Assembly: GCA_045536775.1 (NCBI GenBank)
Contig: JAZSOD010000085.1
Coordinates: 10,281 to 74,280, forward strand
Direction: 5' to 3'
Source of the DNA: Eubacteriales bacterium
GTDB lineage: Bacteria; Bacillota; Clostridia; Oscillospirales; CAG-272
Length of the DNA: 64,000 nucleotides
Under the pieces are notes generated by a model. That model did not search any database. It was not told the origin of the DNA and was given only the letters and a program-made list of their open reading frames with translations. The translations under genes and the position numbers were made by a program. Shown here in pieces: positions 40,961-50,805 of this stretch (within the stretch, counting starts at the first letter, position 1; every line of letters begins with the position of its first letter).

Positions 40961-42505
40961 TTACTCAGCGTCGGTCTTCTTAGTTGTCTTCTTGGTTGTT
41001 GTAGTCTTCTTTGCAGTAGTAGACTTTGTTGCGGTAGACTTCTTAGCAGCGGGCTTCTTTTCGGCAGCATCTGCATCTGTCTTCTTAGCAGTTGCAGTCT
41101 TCTTTGCTGTGGAAGTCTTTTTTGTTGCAGGCTTTTCAGCAGCTTCAGTATCAGCCTTCTTAGTTGTTGTGGTCTTCTTGGTTGCAGAAGTCTTCTTTGC
41201 AGCAGGCTTCTTTTCTGCTTCTTCTGCAGTTTCGGTAACCTTAGCGTTAGCCTTAACGAAATCAACAGCCTTTTTAACCTTAAGATCAGCTGCAACGCCC
41301 TTGTCTGTTACGATCTCCTTGATCTTTTCGATATCCATGGAGTATGCCTTAGACATATTTTCGTACTCAGCATTGATCTCATCTTCAGTTACTTCGATCT
41401 TTTCGAGCTCTGCGATCTTTTCAAGAGCAAGACGGGTCTTGACCTGACGCTCTGCCTGAGGTCTCATCTGTTCTCTGAGAGCATCAAGTGTCATACCTGT
41501 ATACTTGAGGTATGTGTTAAGATCGAGTCCCTGCATTCTGATGCGACCGTCAAAGTCTCTGAGCACATTTTCAACTTCAGCATCAAACATCGGTGCGGGG
41601 ATATCGCCTTCAAGCTTTTCTATAAGAGCATTGATGAGCTGCTCCTCTACGGATGCGTCTTCATCTCTGGTCTTTCTTTCTTCGATTTTTGCCTTAACGT
41701 CTGTTTTATATTCATCAAGAGTGTCAAAACCGTTATCTTTTGCAAATTCATCGTCAAGAGCAGGCTTTTCGTTGAATTTAATGCCGTGGAGCTTGATCTT
41801 GAATACGGCAGGCTTACCTGCAAGCTCTTCTGCGTGATATTCTGCAGGGAAAGTAACGTTTACGTCAAACTCGTCGCCAACGTTTTTTCCGATTATCTGC
41901 TCTTCAAAGCCGGGGATAAAGCTTCCAGAGCCGATTACGAGAGAATAATGCTCGGACTTACCGCCGTCGAAAGCTACGCCGTCAACGTAACCGTCGAAAT
42001 CGATATCAACGGTATCGCCGTTTTCAACTGCTCTGTCGGTAATATCGATAAGTCTTGATGCCATATCAAGTCTTCTGTCGATTTCAGAATTAAGCTCATC
42101 GTCAGATACTGCCACGGGCTTCTTTGTTACCTTGATACCCTTATATCCCTTGAGGTCCATTTCAGGCTTAGTGTAAACCTTTGCCTTGAATACAACACCG
42201 TTATCGTCGATAGAAACAATGTCGAACTCAGGGTTTGAAACGAATTCAAGCTCACAGTCCTTTACCGCAACCTCGTAAGCGCCGGGAAGAACCTCGTTAA
42301 TAGCATCTTCATAGAATACTCCCTTGCCGTACATCTTTTCGATGATATGTCTGGGAGCCTTACCCTTACGGAAGCCGGGAACGGTTATAGAGGGTGCTTG
42401 CTTTCTGTAAATTTTGTTTATTGCAGCCTCAAAGGTTTCCTTATCAACGGAAAACTCAAATTCAACTACGTTCTTTTCGGGGTTGGTAAGATTGTTCAAA
42501 CTCAT
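40961..42505 (-). CDS. tig: Trigger factor with an unusual C-terminal Lys/Thr/Ala-rich repeat extension
   Basis: The track ORF starts at 42523. I prefer ATG 42505 ([12 protein letters not shown]...), with GGAGGA 8 nt upstream. It has the ribosome-binding motif GFRKGKAP, an FKBP-type PPIase middle domain and a C-terminal arm. An extra tail of about 89 aa follows ([21 protein letters not shown]...). Confidence 0.9.
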   Translation of the reverse strand: MSLNNLTNPEKNVVEFEFSVDKETFEAAINKIYRKQAPSITVPGFRKGKAPRHIIEKMYGKGVFYEDAINEVLPGAYEVAVKDCELEFVSNPEFDIVSIDDNGVVFKAKVYTKPEMDLKGYKGIKVTKKPVAVSDDELNSEIDRRLDMASRLIDITDRAVENGDTVDIDFDGYVDGVAFDGGKSEHYSLVIGSGSFIPGFEEQIIGKNVGDEFDVNVTFPAEYHAEELAGKPAVFKIKLHGIKFNEKPALDDEFAKDNGFDTLDEYKTDVKAKIEERKTRDEDASVEEQLINALIEKLEGDIPAPMFDAEVENVLRDFDGRIRMQGLDLNTYLKYTGMTLDALREQMRPQAERQVKTRLALEKIAELEKIEVTEDEINAEYENMSKAYSMDIEKIKEIVTDKGVAADLKVKKAVDFVKANAKVTETAEEAEKKPAAKKTSATKKTTTTKKADTEAAEKPATKKTSTAKKTATAKKTDADAAEKKPAAKKSTATKSTTAKKTTTTKKTTKKTDAE

Positions 42506-42567
42506 TTTGTCATTCCTCCACAAACGGATTTATATTTCTAAATCCATAATATAGCATTATAGTCTAT

Positions 42568-42596
42568 ATTTTACTTAAATTTTAAGAAAAAGTCAA
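42568..42596 (-). promoter_or_regulatory. Putative promoter of tig-clpP-clpX
   Basis: The minus strand reads TTGACT (42591-42596), 17 nt, TAAAAT (42568-42573). Confidence 0.5.
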
Positions 42597-42693
42597 TACT
42601 TTTGCCTCTATTTGAAACAATTTCATTCAATTCGATAAAATTATCGATTTTTGCAGTCGCATTTAGGACATTTTTACAATAATTACATGGGGT

Positions 42694-43416
42694 TCAAACT
42701 ATCTTAAGCGGGGTGAATTCAAGATAATCGGCGGATGTTATGTGGTATGTTATACCACCTTGCTCAAACGAACGCGGAATATCGTAAGATGCGTGAATAT
42801 GTCCGAAATAACAGCGCTTAACACCGTGACGCTTAAGCACCTCCGTTATCTGTTCGCACTCGAATCCGTTATAGACGGGTGGAAAGTGCAAAAAAGCCAA
42901 TATTTCCGTTGCTTCACCGTGCTTGATCCTCAGCTTCTCCGCCTCTGTAAGACTAAGCTCAAGTCTTATAACTTCCCTTGCCACTATCTTTTCAAAATCA
43001 GCGTTTTCGGGTGCGTTACGGTTGTTTTCATCAAAGTACCAGCCTCTTGATCCTGCTATGATATATCCATCGACTAAATACGCGTTATTGTAAAGAAATC
43101 TTACGGTATTATAGTCGAACGTTTCAAGCATCTCGTTAAGCTTTTTTAGGGAAGTCCACCAATAGTCGTGGTTGCCCTTCCCTATTATTTTTTGACCGTT
43201 GAGATGGTTGATAAACTCAAAGTCCTTGGCTGCTCCCATGTGTGACATTGCCCACGAAATGTCGCCTGCTATCACAACAGTATCTTCACTCGTTACAACG
43301 CTGTTCCAGTTTTTTTCAAGCTTGTACGTATAGTCCTGCCATCTTCTCCCGAAAACATCCATAGGCTTATCGTCGGAAAAGGACAGATGTGTGTCTGACA
43401 ACACGAATAATGCCAT
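42694..43416 (-). CDS. Calcineurin-like metallophosphoesterase
   Basis: Motifs LSDTH, GDISW, GNHDYWW and GHIH. 240 aa. Confidence 0.75.
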   Translation of the reverse strand: MALFVLSDTHLSFSDDKPMDVFGRRWQDYTYKLEKNWNSVVTSEDTVVIAGDISWAMSHMGAAKDFEFINHLNGQKIIGKGNHDYWWTSLKKLNEMLETFDYNTVRFLYNNAYLVDGYIIAGSRGWYFDENNRNAPENADFEKIVAREVIRLELSLTEAEKLRIKHGEATEILAFLHFPPVYNGFECEQITEVLKRHGVKRCYFGHIHASYDIPRSFEQGGITYHITSADYLEFTPLKIV

Positions 43417-43446
43417 ATGTTTCCTCGCTTAATCTTAAAAGTCGGG

Positions 43447-44937
43447 TCATATACCAAGTGCGTTTGCAACCTCGGTGATCATATCGTCCTTGTTTATAAC
43501 CTTCTTGAAACGCACCTCACGCTTATCAATGTCCGAAAGAGGTGCGGGGATTTCTGTAGATGTTACCTTGGAAAGCATATCAAGTGCCATAAGATCGTCC
43601 TCGGGACGGTTTTCTCCAAGTGAGCAAAGAACGTCTGCTGCAAATTTATACGGGCTTGCGGTGGATGCAATAACCATCTTGGTGTTATCACCAGTTGACT
43701 TTACGTATTCGTTAGCGCATTTTACTGCAACTGCGGTGTGAGTGTCAATGAGATAACCGTTGTTTTTGAAGGTTTCCTTAATAGTTTCAGCCGTCATTTT
43801 TTCGTCACAGAAATACCCCTCAAAGCTTTCTCTTATCTTTGTAAGACAATCGGCCGATACGGTGTATTTTCCGCTTTTTGCAAGCTCACTCATATAGCCT
43901 GCCGTCTCCTCACTTGACGTAAGAAGATAAAGAAGTCTTTCAAGATTGCTCGAAATAAGTATATCCATCGAAGGCGACATGGTAGTAAAGAACTTACGGT
44001 TTCTGTCATATACACCCGTATTTATAAAATCTGTGAGGACGTTATTGCTGTTTGACGCGCAGATAAGCTTATTTATCGGAAGACCCATAAGCTTTGCAAA
44101 GTATGCGGCGAGAATGTTACCGAAGTTACCTGTCGGAACGGTTACGTTTATCATATCGCCGTTCTTGATCTCTCCACTTTTAACAAGATCGCAGTATGCT
44201 GAAATATAGTAAACGATCTGTGGCGCAAGACGTCCCCAGTTTATAGAGTTAGCGCTTGAAAGAAAATATCCGTTAGCGTTGAGCTTATCAGCGAATTCTC
44301 TGTCGGAAAAAATCTTCTTAACGCCGTTTTGTGCGTCGTCAAAGTTGCCCACTATCGAGCATACGTTTACGTTATTACCCGTCTGTGTTGCCATCTGGAG
44401 CTTCTGGACGCGGCTCACTCCGTCCTCGGGATAATAAACCATGATCTTTATCTTATCAATGTCCTTATATCCCTCAAGAGCCGCTTTTCCGGTATCTCCC
44501 GAGGTTGCAACGAGAATAAACGCGCATCTGTCCTCGCTTGTTCCCTCAAGAGCGCCGGTAAGAAGTCTTGGCATTATCTGAAGGGCCATATCCTTGGACG
44601 CGCAGGTAGGACCGTGCCAAAGCTCAAGAACATAGGAGTTATCTCCGAGCTTCGTAAGAGGTGCCGCGCCACCCGGGAACTTTTCGGGAGCATAAGCCTT
44701 TTCGGCGCTGTCGAGCAAATAGCCTTTATCGTAGTCGGTGAGAAACATAGAAAGTATCTCTGACGCTCTGTGAGGGTAATCAAGCGGACAAAGTCTATCA
44801 ACATCGGCTAATGTCAGCTCGGGAATGCTTTCGGGCACGAAAAGTCCTCCGTCCTCTGCAAGTCCCGTCTTAATTGCAAACATAGACGACACGCTGTTTT
44901 CTGCTTTGATCTTTCCTCTTGTGCTGATGTAATTCAT
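43447..44937 (-). CDS. thrC: Threonine synthase (long form)
   Basis: MNYISTRG start, LELWHGPTCASKDMALQ (PLP lysine), ATSGDTGKAA, and PTGNFGNILA. Confidence 0.92.
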   Translation of the reverse strand: MNYISTRGKIKAENSVSSMFAIKTGLAEDGGLFVPESIPELTLADVDRLCPLDYPHRASEILSMFLTDYDKGYLLDSAEKAYAPEKFPGGAAPLTKLGDNSYVLELWHGPTCASKDMALQIMPRLLTGALEGTSEDRCAFILVATSGDTGKAALEGYKDIDKIKIMVYYPEDGVSRVQKLQMATQTGNNVNVCSIVGNFDDAQNGVKKIFSDREFADKLNANGYFLSSANSINWGRLAPQIVYYISAYCDLVKSGEIKNGDMINVTVPTGNFGNILAAYFAKLMGLPINKLICASNSNNVLTDFINTGVYDRNRKFFTTMSPSMDILISSNLERLLYLLTSSEETAGYMSELAKSGKYTVSADCLTKIRESFEGYFCDEKMTAETIKETFKNNGYLIDTHTAVAVKCANEYVKSTGDNTKMVIASTASPYKFAADVLCSLGENRPEDDLMALDMLSKVTSTEIPAPLSDIDKREVRFKKVINKDDMITEVANALGI

Positions 44938-44964
44938 TGTCTTTTCCTTTCAACATCATTTGAT

Positions 44965-45909
44965 TTATAGGTTTTGAGCAAGAAAATTTCTTGCGTTTGT
45001 ATACATGATTTTTTCGGTAATGTCCGAAATAGACGGAGTGTCGAGGATCGCTTCTCTGAGTTTACTTAAATCAGACACATCTGTTATGCCTTGAGGGAGT
45101 GTTTCTACTCCGTCAAAATCACAACCGAGGCATACTGCACTCGGGTTGATAGAAGCGTAATGCTCAATGTGCCGTATAACGGCAGAAATATCGGCATTAG
45201 CTCCGCAGAGGTGCTGAGGCGCCATACTTATGCCGACTACACCTCCAAGCCTTGCAATTTCTTTATAAAACTCATCTGTAAGATTGCGTGAATGTGCAAA
45301 TACCGCTCTTGAATTTGAATGTGTAGCAACGATCGGCTTTCCATGCTTTACTGCTATATTGAGAACTTCTTCTATCATTTTGTCACTTGCGTGTGATACG
45401 TCGGGTATAATTCCGACTCTGAAGCACTCGTTAACTACTGATTTACCAAATTCAGTAAGACCTGCGTTTGTATCGTGTGCACCGCCAACGGCATTTACTC
45501 CGTTCCACACAAGCGTCAACAGTCTGACATCGGCAAGCCATAATTGCTTTACTCTCGATAGGTCTTCACCAAGCAAAGCACCACCCTCAACAGCGAAAAC
45601 AAGGGATGACGTGCCATTTTCTTCATTCTCAAGGATATGTCTGCCGCACGTAGCTTTTTTTACGGAAATACCTTTTCTTGCGGCGAGAAACAGGTCTCTG
45701 TCAAGGATTATAGAGCCTTCTATGAAAGCGTCAAAGGCTTCGTCAGGCCCAAGTCTCTTATCCGACCACATCGCCATTACCTGAATAAAGCTTTGGAATT
45801 TCAAAAGCTTATCAAGAGAAAGATGTCCATGCCTGTCAAGCGTCGAATCTTTGCTTTTTCTCGCCTCGTACAGTGTGTCGCAGTGAAGGTCGCAAATTCT
45901 TCCTGTCAT
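44965..45909 (-). CDS. M19-family (renal-type) dipeptidase
   Basis: CDLHCDTL metal motif near the N-terminus, ATHSNSRA, and GCDFDG near the C-terminus. Confidence 0.8.
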   Translation of the reverse strand: MTGRICDLHCDTLYEARKSKDSTLDRHGHLSLDKLLKFQSFIQVMAMWSDKRLGPDEAFDAFIEGSIILDRDLFLAARKGISVKKATCGRHILENEENGTSSLVFAVEGGALLGEDLSRVKQLWLADVRLLTLVWNGVNAVGGAHDTNAGLTEFGKSVVNECFRVGIIPDVSHASDKMIEEVLNIAVKHGKPIVATHSNSRAVFAHSRNLTDEFYKEIARLGGVVGISMAPQHLCGANADISAVIRHIEHYASINPSAVCLGCDFDGVETLPQGITDVSDLSKLREAILDTPSISDITEKIMYTNARNFLAQNL

Positions 45910-45930
45910 ATATGCACCTCAAATACAGTA

Positions 45931-46374
45931 TTATCGAACTCGTCCGCTTGAATAAAAGGCGTTTCTTATATGATTTATACTGCACGCCGAGAGCTTCAAC
46001 GTTTCCCCATCGGAATAACGCTCGTCGATCGGCGGTACCCAGACCTCAATAACGTCAACACGCGAGTTTTTACCTACTACAAAATCATCGGTAATATGAT
46101 CGCGTATAAAGCTATTGGCGGCAGTCAGAATATTTGTACGCTTAACGTAACCTACCGCTTTTCCGGGTCGGTGTTTCAAACCGTTTTTGCCTTTCGTTCT
46201 GCATTTGACTTCAATAAAAACAATGTATTCTCCGTCAAGCGCGATTATGTCAATTTCTTTATGAGAAGCATAATAATTGGACTCAAGAACCCTATATCCG
46301 CATTTTTCAGTTATATATTCTCTTGCAATTCGCTCGCCTTGCCGTCCTAGCTCTCTATTATTTACATTCTTCAT
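45931..46374 (-). CDS. YraN-family (UPF0102) endonuclease-like protein
   Basis: GRQGERIAREYITEKCGYRVLESNY...EIDIIALDGEYIVFIEVKCR, a restriction-endonuclease-like core. It is somewhat longer (147 aa) than is typical. Confidence 0.8.
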   Translation of the reverse strand: MKNVNNRELGRQGERIAREYITEKCGYRVLESNYYASHKEIDIIALDGEYIVFIEVKCRTKGKNGLKHRPGKAVGYVKRTNILTAANSFIRDHITDDFVVGKNSRVDVIEVWVPPIDERYSDGETLKLSACSINHIRNAFYSSGRVR

Positions 46375-46997
46375 TTTTTATCTTCGTTAAGGAATTTGAG
46401 AAATGTCATTCTGTATTCCTCGCAAGGACCGTACTGTCTCACAAGATTCATATGCTCTTTTGTGGGATATCCCTTATGTCCAGCAATTTTATACTGCGGA
46501 TACTTAGCATCAAGCTCGGTACACATTCTGTCTCTTGTGACCTTAGCTAAAATCGATGCAGCGGCTATTGACGGTGATATAGAATCACCTTTTACCACGG
46601 AAAAAGCGGGTATTGTAAATCCACGGGTACAGTTGCCGTCAACTAATACCGCGTCAGGCTTAACACCCATATTATCGATAGCACGACGCATAGCAAGCAT
46701 CGATGCATTAAGTATATTTATCTCGTCGATCTCTTTGGGAGTTGCAATACCGACGCCCCAAGCAATCGCAGTTTTACAAATAACCTCATACAACGCTTCG
46801 CGCTTCTTTTCACTTAACTTTTTTGAATCGTTAAGTCCTTCGATAACTACTCCCTCCGGCAGAATACACGCGCCCGCAACTACGGGTCCGACAAGCGGGC
46901 CGCGACCCGCTTCGTCTGTACCGCACACTACCTCATATCCTCTGCTCCAAAGCTCACTTTCGAGTTCGAACGTAAGGGGCTTTGCTTCTTTTTTCAT
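46371..46997 (-). CDS. rnhB: Ribonuclease HII
   Basis: GTDEAGRGPLVGPVVAGA, DSKKLSEKKRE, ASILAKVTRD and GYPT. It overlaps yraN by 4 nt. Confidence 0.93.
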   Translation of the reverse strand: MKKEAKPLTFELESELWSRGYEVVCGTDEAGRGPLVGPVVAGACILPEGVVIEGLNDSKKLSEKKREALYEVICKTAIAWGVGIATPKEIDEINILNASMLAMRRAIDNMGVKPDAVLVDGNCTRGFTIPAFSVVKGDSISPSIAAASILAKVTRDRMCTELDAKYPQYKIAGHKGYPTKEHMNLVRQYGPCEEYRMTFLKFLNEDKK

Positions 46998-47003
46998 ATA
47001 CGG

Positions 47004-47870
47004 TTACCTCGGTCTCTCAAGGGTTATACGACCTATAACTCCACCGCGGAATTCATCGAGCAGCATAGTTGCACATCTCTCCGTATTTATCTCACCGCCC
47101 GAAATTATACAACCGCGTTTTCTCCCTATTTCCTCAAAAAGCTCCCAATCGGTATAGTCTTCGTATTTGTCTATGCTATCAAGCTTATATCTCGCACATA
47201 AAAGCTCGGGGTAATATTTACGAAGTCTTCCGCAAAGCCTCATTGCAATAAGCTCAGTGTCAAGTATCTGATCACGTATAGCGCCTGTCATAGCGAGACT
47301 TTCGCCAACCTCTTCGTCTTCAAATTTAGGCCATAGCACACCGGGCATATCAAGCAAGTCAATGCCAATATTCGTGGAAACCCATTGTTTGTTGACAGTG
47401 ACGCCCGGTCTGTCCTCGACCTTAGCCTTTTTATTACCAGAAAGCCTGTTTATGAGCGATGATTTACCGACGTTCGGTATTCCGACTATCATAGCCTTGA
47501 GACGTCTTCCCGACATGCCCTTGCTCTCGTACCTTTCAAGCTTGTCGCCGAGAATATCTCTTACAGCGGGCATTATTTTGTCAATTCCCTGTCCCTTGTT
47601 AACGTCAGTAATGATACAACCCTTGCCTTTGCCCGAGTAATACGCAAGCCACTCGTTAAAAGTATCGGGATCGGCAAGCAAGGCTTTATTGAGAAGCGTC
47701 AAAACAGGCTTATTGCCTATTATTTTCGATATTTCGGGGTTTCTTGAGCTATAAGGTATTCTTGCATCCAAAAGCTCAATAACAATATCCACAAGTCCGA
47801 GGCACTCGCTTATAAGCCGTCTCGTTTTCGCCATGTGGCCCGGAAACCACTGTATCTGATCTGATGGCAT
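47004..47870 (-). CDS. ylqF: Ribosome biogenesis GTPase YlqF/RbgA
   Basis: IQWFPGHMAKT, with a circularly permuted G domain (NKALLAD ... GIPNVGKSSLINRL ... DMPG). Confidence 0.9.
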   Translation of the reverse strand: MPSDQIQWFPGHMAKTRRLISECLGLVDIVIELLDARIPYSSRNPEISKIIGNKPVLTLLNKALLADPDTFNEWLAYYSGKGKGCIITDVNKGQGIDKIMPAVRDILGDKLERYESKGMSGRRLKAMIVGIPNVGKSSLINRLSGNKKAKVEDRPGVTVNKQWVSTNIGIDLLDMPGVLWPKFEDEEVGESLAMTGAIRDQILDTELIAMRLCGRLRKYYPELLCARYKLDSIDKYEDYTDWELFEEIGRKRGCIISGGEINTERCATMLLDEFRGGVIGRITLERPR

Positions 47871-47888
47871 TGTAACGCCTCCTGAAAA

Positions 47889-50663
47889 TTACTCCTCTGC
47901 TTCGCTCTGACCCGCGCCGCAGCACTTCTTATATTTCTTTCCGCTTCCGCACGGACAAGGATCGTTTCTTCCGACCTTTACTGCATTACGAACAGTCGAC
48001 TGCAAAACAGGCTTTTCGGGTGCTTTTGTTCTTCCCTGTTCAAAAGCCAGATTCATTCTGCCGCCCTTTGATTCCTTGAGAACCTGAACTCTCTCTATCT
48101 TTTCTCTCGGAACGATAGTGAGAATGTTCCTTGTAACCGACTGCTTGATCGAATAGATCATTTCATCAAACATGTTTGAGCCCTGAAGCTTATACTCGCT
48201 GATAGGGTTTCTCTGGGCATATCCCTGGAGAAATACGCCACTTCTCATCTGATCCATCGCCTCAAGATGCTCGACCCAGTTGGTATCAACACTTCTGAGA
48301 AGAACTACTCGCTCTACCTCACGCATACGCTCGCCAAAAAGCATTTCTTTTTCCGTATAAAGCTTGTCGGCACGTTCATTTAACATTTGTACTATCTGTT
48401 CGGCATCGATTCTGTCATAATCGTCGGACATATATCTGAAGTCGGTATCAAACGTGAGATATCCGTAAAAATATGATCTGAGTCCATCGAAATTCCAGTC
48501 GTCAACCACATTGGCAGAGGTGCATTCTTCAACAACGGACGAAATAACGTCACGTATCATACGCTTTATGGTGGCGCTGACGTCATTGCCATTCATAACA
48601 TCGCGGCGCTGAGAATAAATAATGGATCTCTGCTGATTCATAACGTCATCGTATTCAATTACCGATTTTCTGAAGCCGAACTCGCGGTCCTCTATTCTCA
48701 TCTGTGCAGATTCAATACTGTTGGTCAGTATCTTTTGGTCAATGATCGTGTCCTCCGGAATATTCAGAGTCTTTACCACCGACATTATCCTCTCCCCGCC
48801 AAACAGACGCATAAGATCGTCCTCGAGGGAAATGAAGAATCTGGATGCTCCGGGATCGCCCTGACGTCCCGCACGTCCTCTTAACTGATTATCTATTCTG
48901 CGGCTTTTATGTCTCTCGGTTCCGAGAATAAACAAACCGCCCGCTTCTCGCACCTTTTCAGCTTCCGGCGCAATTTCGATCTTGTACTTTTCCACAAGCT
49001 CGTTAAAGAGCTTGCGAGCCGAAGAGACCTCCTCGATACTTTCGTCTGAAGTACCGACAGCAAGAGCGATTATTTCTTCCGGAATATCGCGGCGTCGCAT
49101 CTCGCTCTTTGCCATAAATTCAGCGTTACCGCCGAGCATAATATCGGTACCGCGTCCTGCCATATTTGTGGAAATGGTAACGGCTCCGTATTTTCCCGCC
49201 TGAGCAACTATCTGAGCCTCTTTTTCATGGTGTTTTGCGTTCAGTACGTTGTGTGGTATTCCGTTTTTTTTGAGAATATCAGAAAGGATTTCTGATTTTT
49301 CAACAGAAACCGTGCCGACAAGGACGGGTTGTCCTTTTTCGTGGCAAGCTTTGATCTGATTAATGATAGCGCGGTATTTACCCTTCTCGGTCGTATAAAC
49401 GGCATCGGTCATGTCCTGACGTATCATAGGTTTATTTGTGGGAACTTCAACAACGTCGAGAGCGTATATTTCTCTGAACTCGTTTTCTTCGGTGAGAGCT
49501 GTACCCGTCATACCCGAAAGCTTTTTATAAAGTCTGAAATAGTTCTGGAAGCTGATGGTTGCAAGAGTCTTATTTTCGCGCTTTATCTCGACTTTTTCCT
49601 TTGCCTCGATTGCCTGGTGCAGACTGTCAGAGTATCTTCTGCCGTACATAATTCTGCCTGTGAAGGAGTCGATTATAAGAACCTCGCCATCCTTGACTAT
49701 ATAATCGTCGTCACGCTTCATAATTCCGTGAGCGCGCATTGCCTGATTAATATGATGAGTAATCGCAGCATTTTCCGGATCCGATAAATTTTCAAGTCCG
49801 AAATATCTTTCTGCCTTTTCGATACCCAACTTAGTGAGGTTTACAGTCTTTGCCTTTTCGTCTATAACGTAATCGGCATCCACCTCATCCATAAGCTCCT
49901 TCTTGTCAGCTTCCTTTATAACGAACTTACGGAAGTTTCTGACAAGAGCATCTGCCTTAGCATAAAGATCACTCACCTCGTCACCCGCGCCCGAAATAAT
50001 AAGGGGCGTTCTTGCTTCATCAATGAGTATGGAGTCCACCTCATCTACGATTGCAAAAGCGTGACCTCTCTGATAAAGCTGAGAGCTGTAAATTGCCATA
50101 TTGTCGCGCAGGTAATCAAAGCCAAATTCATTGTTTGTGCCGTATGTTATATCGGCCATATAAGCTTTCTGCTTCTCTAACGGATCCTGATCGTGAACAA
50201 CAAGCCCCGTCCTGAGTCCGAGAAAACCGTATACTCTGCCCATTTCGTCGCTGTCACGCTTAGCAAGGTATTCGTTGACGGTGACAACGTGAACGCCGTT
50301 CCCTGTGAGGGCATTAAGATAAGCAGGGAGAGTTGCAACAAGGGTCTTACCCTCTCCTGTTCTCATTTCTGCGATTCTGCCCTGGTGAAGAATAACACCG
50401 CCCACAAGCTGAACTCTGAACGGACGCTTCCCGAGAACTCTATCATCCGCCTCTCGAACAAGCGCAAACGCGTCGCACAATATATCATCAAGAGTCTCTC
50501 CATCAGCAAGGCGCTGCTTCAAAGCGTCGGTCGTAGCACGAAGCTCAGCATCGGTCATATTCTTATATTTGGGTGCAAGCTCTTCAATCTTATCAACGAT
50601 GGGGTAGATCTTTTTGAGCTGGCGCTCACTGTAGGTACCAAATATCTTATCGATCAGTTTCAT
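47889..50663 (-). CDS. secA: Preprotein translocase ATPase SecA
   Basis: 924 aa with [14 protein letters not shown], the [23 protein letters not shown]-like motif, and the C-terminal zinc motif [14 protein letters not shown]. Confidence 0.97.
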   Translation of the reverse strand: MKLIDKIFGTYSERQLKKIYPIVDKIEELAPKYKNMTDAELRATTDALKQRLADGETLDDILCDAFALVREADDRVLGKRPFRVQLVGGVILHQGRIAEMRTGEGKTLVATLPAYLNALTGNGVHVVTVNEYLAKRDSDEMGRVYGFLGLRTGLVVHDQDPLEKQKAYMADITYGTNNEFGFDYLRDNMAIYSSQLYQRGHAFAIVDEVDSILIDEARTPLIISGAGDEVSDLYAKADALVRNFRKFVIKEADKKELMDEVDADYVIDEKAKTVNLTKLGIEKAERYFGLENLSDPENAAITHHINQAMRAHGIMKRDDDYIVKDGEVLIIDSFTGRIMYGRRYSDSLHQAIEAKEKVEIKRENKTLATISFQNYFRLYKKLSGMTGTALTEENEFREIYALDVVEVPTNKPMIRQDMTDAVYTTEKGKYRAIINQIKACHEKGQPVLVGTVSVEKSEILSDILKKNGIPHNVLNAKHHEKEAQIVAQAGKYGAVTISTNMAGRGTDIMLGGNAEFMAKSEMRRRDIPEEIIALAVGTSDESIEEVSSARKLFNELVEKYKIEIAPEAEKVREAGGLFILGTERHKSRRIDNQLRGRAGRQGDPGASRFFISLEDDLMRLFGGERIMSVVKTLNIPEDTIIDQKILTNSIESAQMRIEDREFGFRKSVIEYDDVMNQQRSIIYSQRRDVMNGNDVSATIKRMIRDVISSVVEECTSANVVDDWNFDGLRSYFYGYLTFDTDFRYMSDDYDRIDAEQIVQMLNERADKLYTEKEMLFGERMREVERVVLLRSVDTNWVEHLEAMDQMRSGVFLQGYAQRNPISEYKLQGSNMFDEMIYSIKQSVTRNILTIVPREKIERVQVLKESKGGRMNLAFEQGRTKAPEKPVLQSTVRNAVKVGRNDPCPCGSGKKYKKCCGAGQSEAEE

Positions 50664-50724
50664 TTAGCATAACCTTTCTGAGTATATAAACGCAAATTTG
50701 CGAAATTTATCCATATTACATTTT

Positions 50725-50753
50725 ATTATACTTTATAATTAAGGATTTTACAA
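50725..50753 (-). promoter_or_regulatory. Putative secA promoter
   Basis: The minus strand reads TTGTAA (50748-50753), 17 nt, TATAAT (50725-50730). The leader contains the perfect palindrome CGCAAATTTGCG (50691-50702). Confidence 0.5.
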
Positions 50754-50774
50754 GTATTTTTTGTTAACTAAAAA

Positions 50775-50804
50775 AGAAAAAACGCGGTTTTGCCGCGTTT
50801 TTTC
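50775..50804 (-). terminator. Terminator after pepD
   Basis: Minus-strand sense reads AAAAAACGCGG-CAAAA-CCGCGTTTTTT followed by CTTTTTT, 1 nt after the stop at 50806. Confidence 0.8.
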
Positions 50805-50805
50805 A

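Noticed and set aside
40957-41447. Two ORFs (112 aa on the - strand, 151 aa on the + strand) with striking Leu/Arg/Gln or Phe/Ala/Val repeats
   Set aside because: They are alternative-frame or antisense readings of the repetitive Lys/Thr/Ala tail of trigger factor. The repeat periodicity explains the open frames.
46396-47157. 253-aa + strand ORF
   Set aside because: Antisense to rnhB/ylqF, with a Ser/Pro/Ile-rich nonsense-like sequence.
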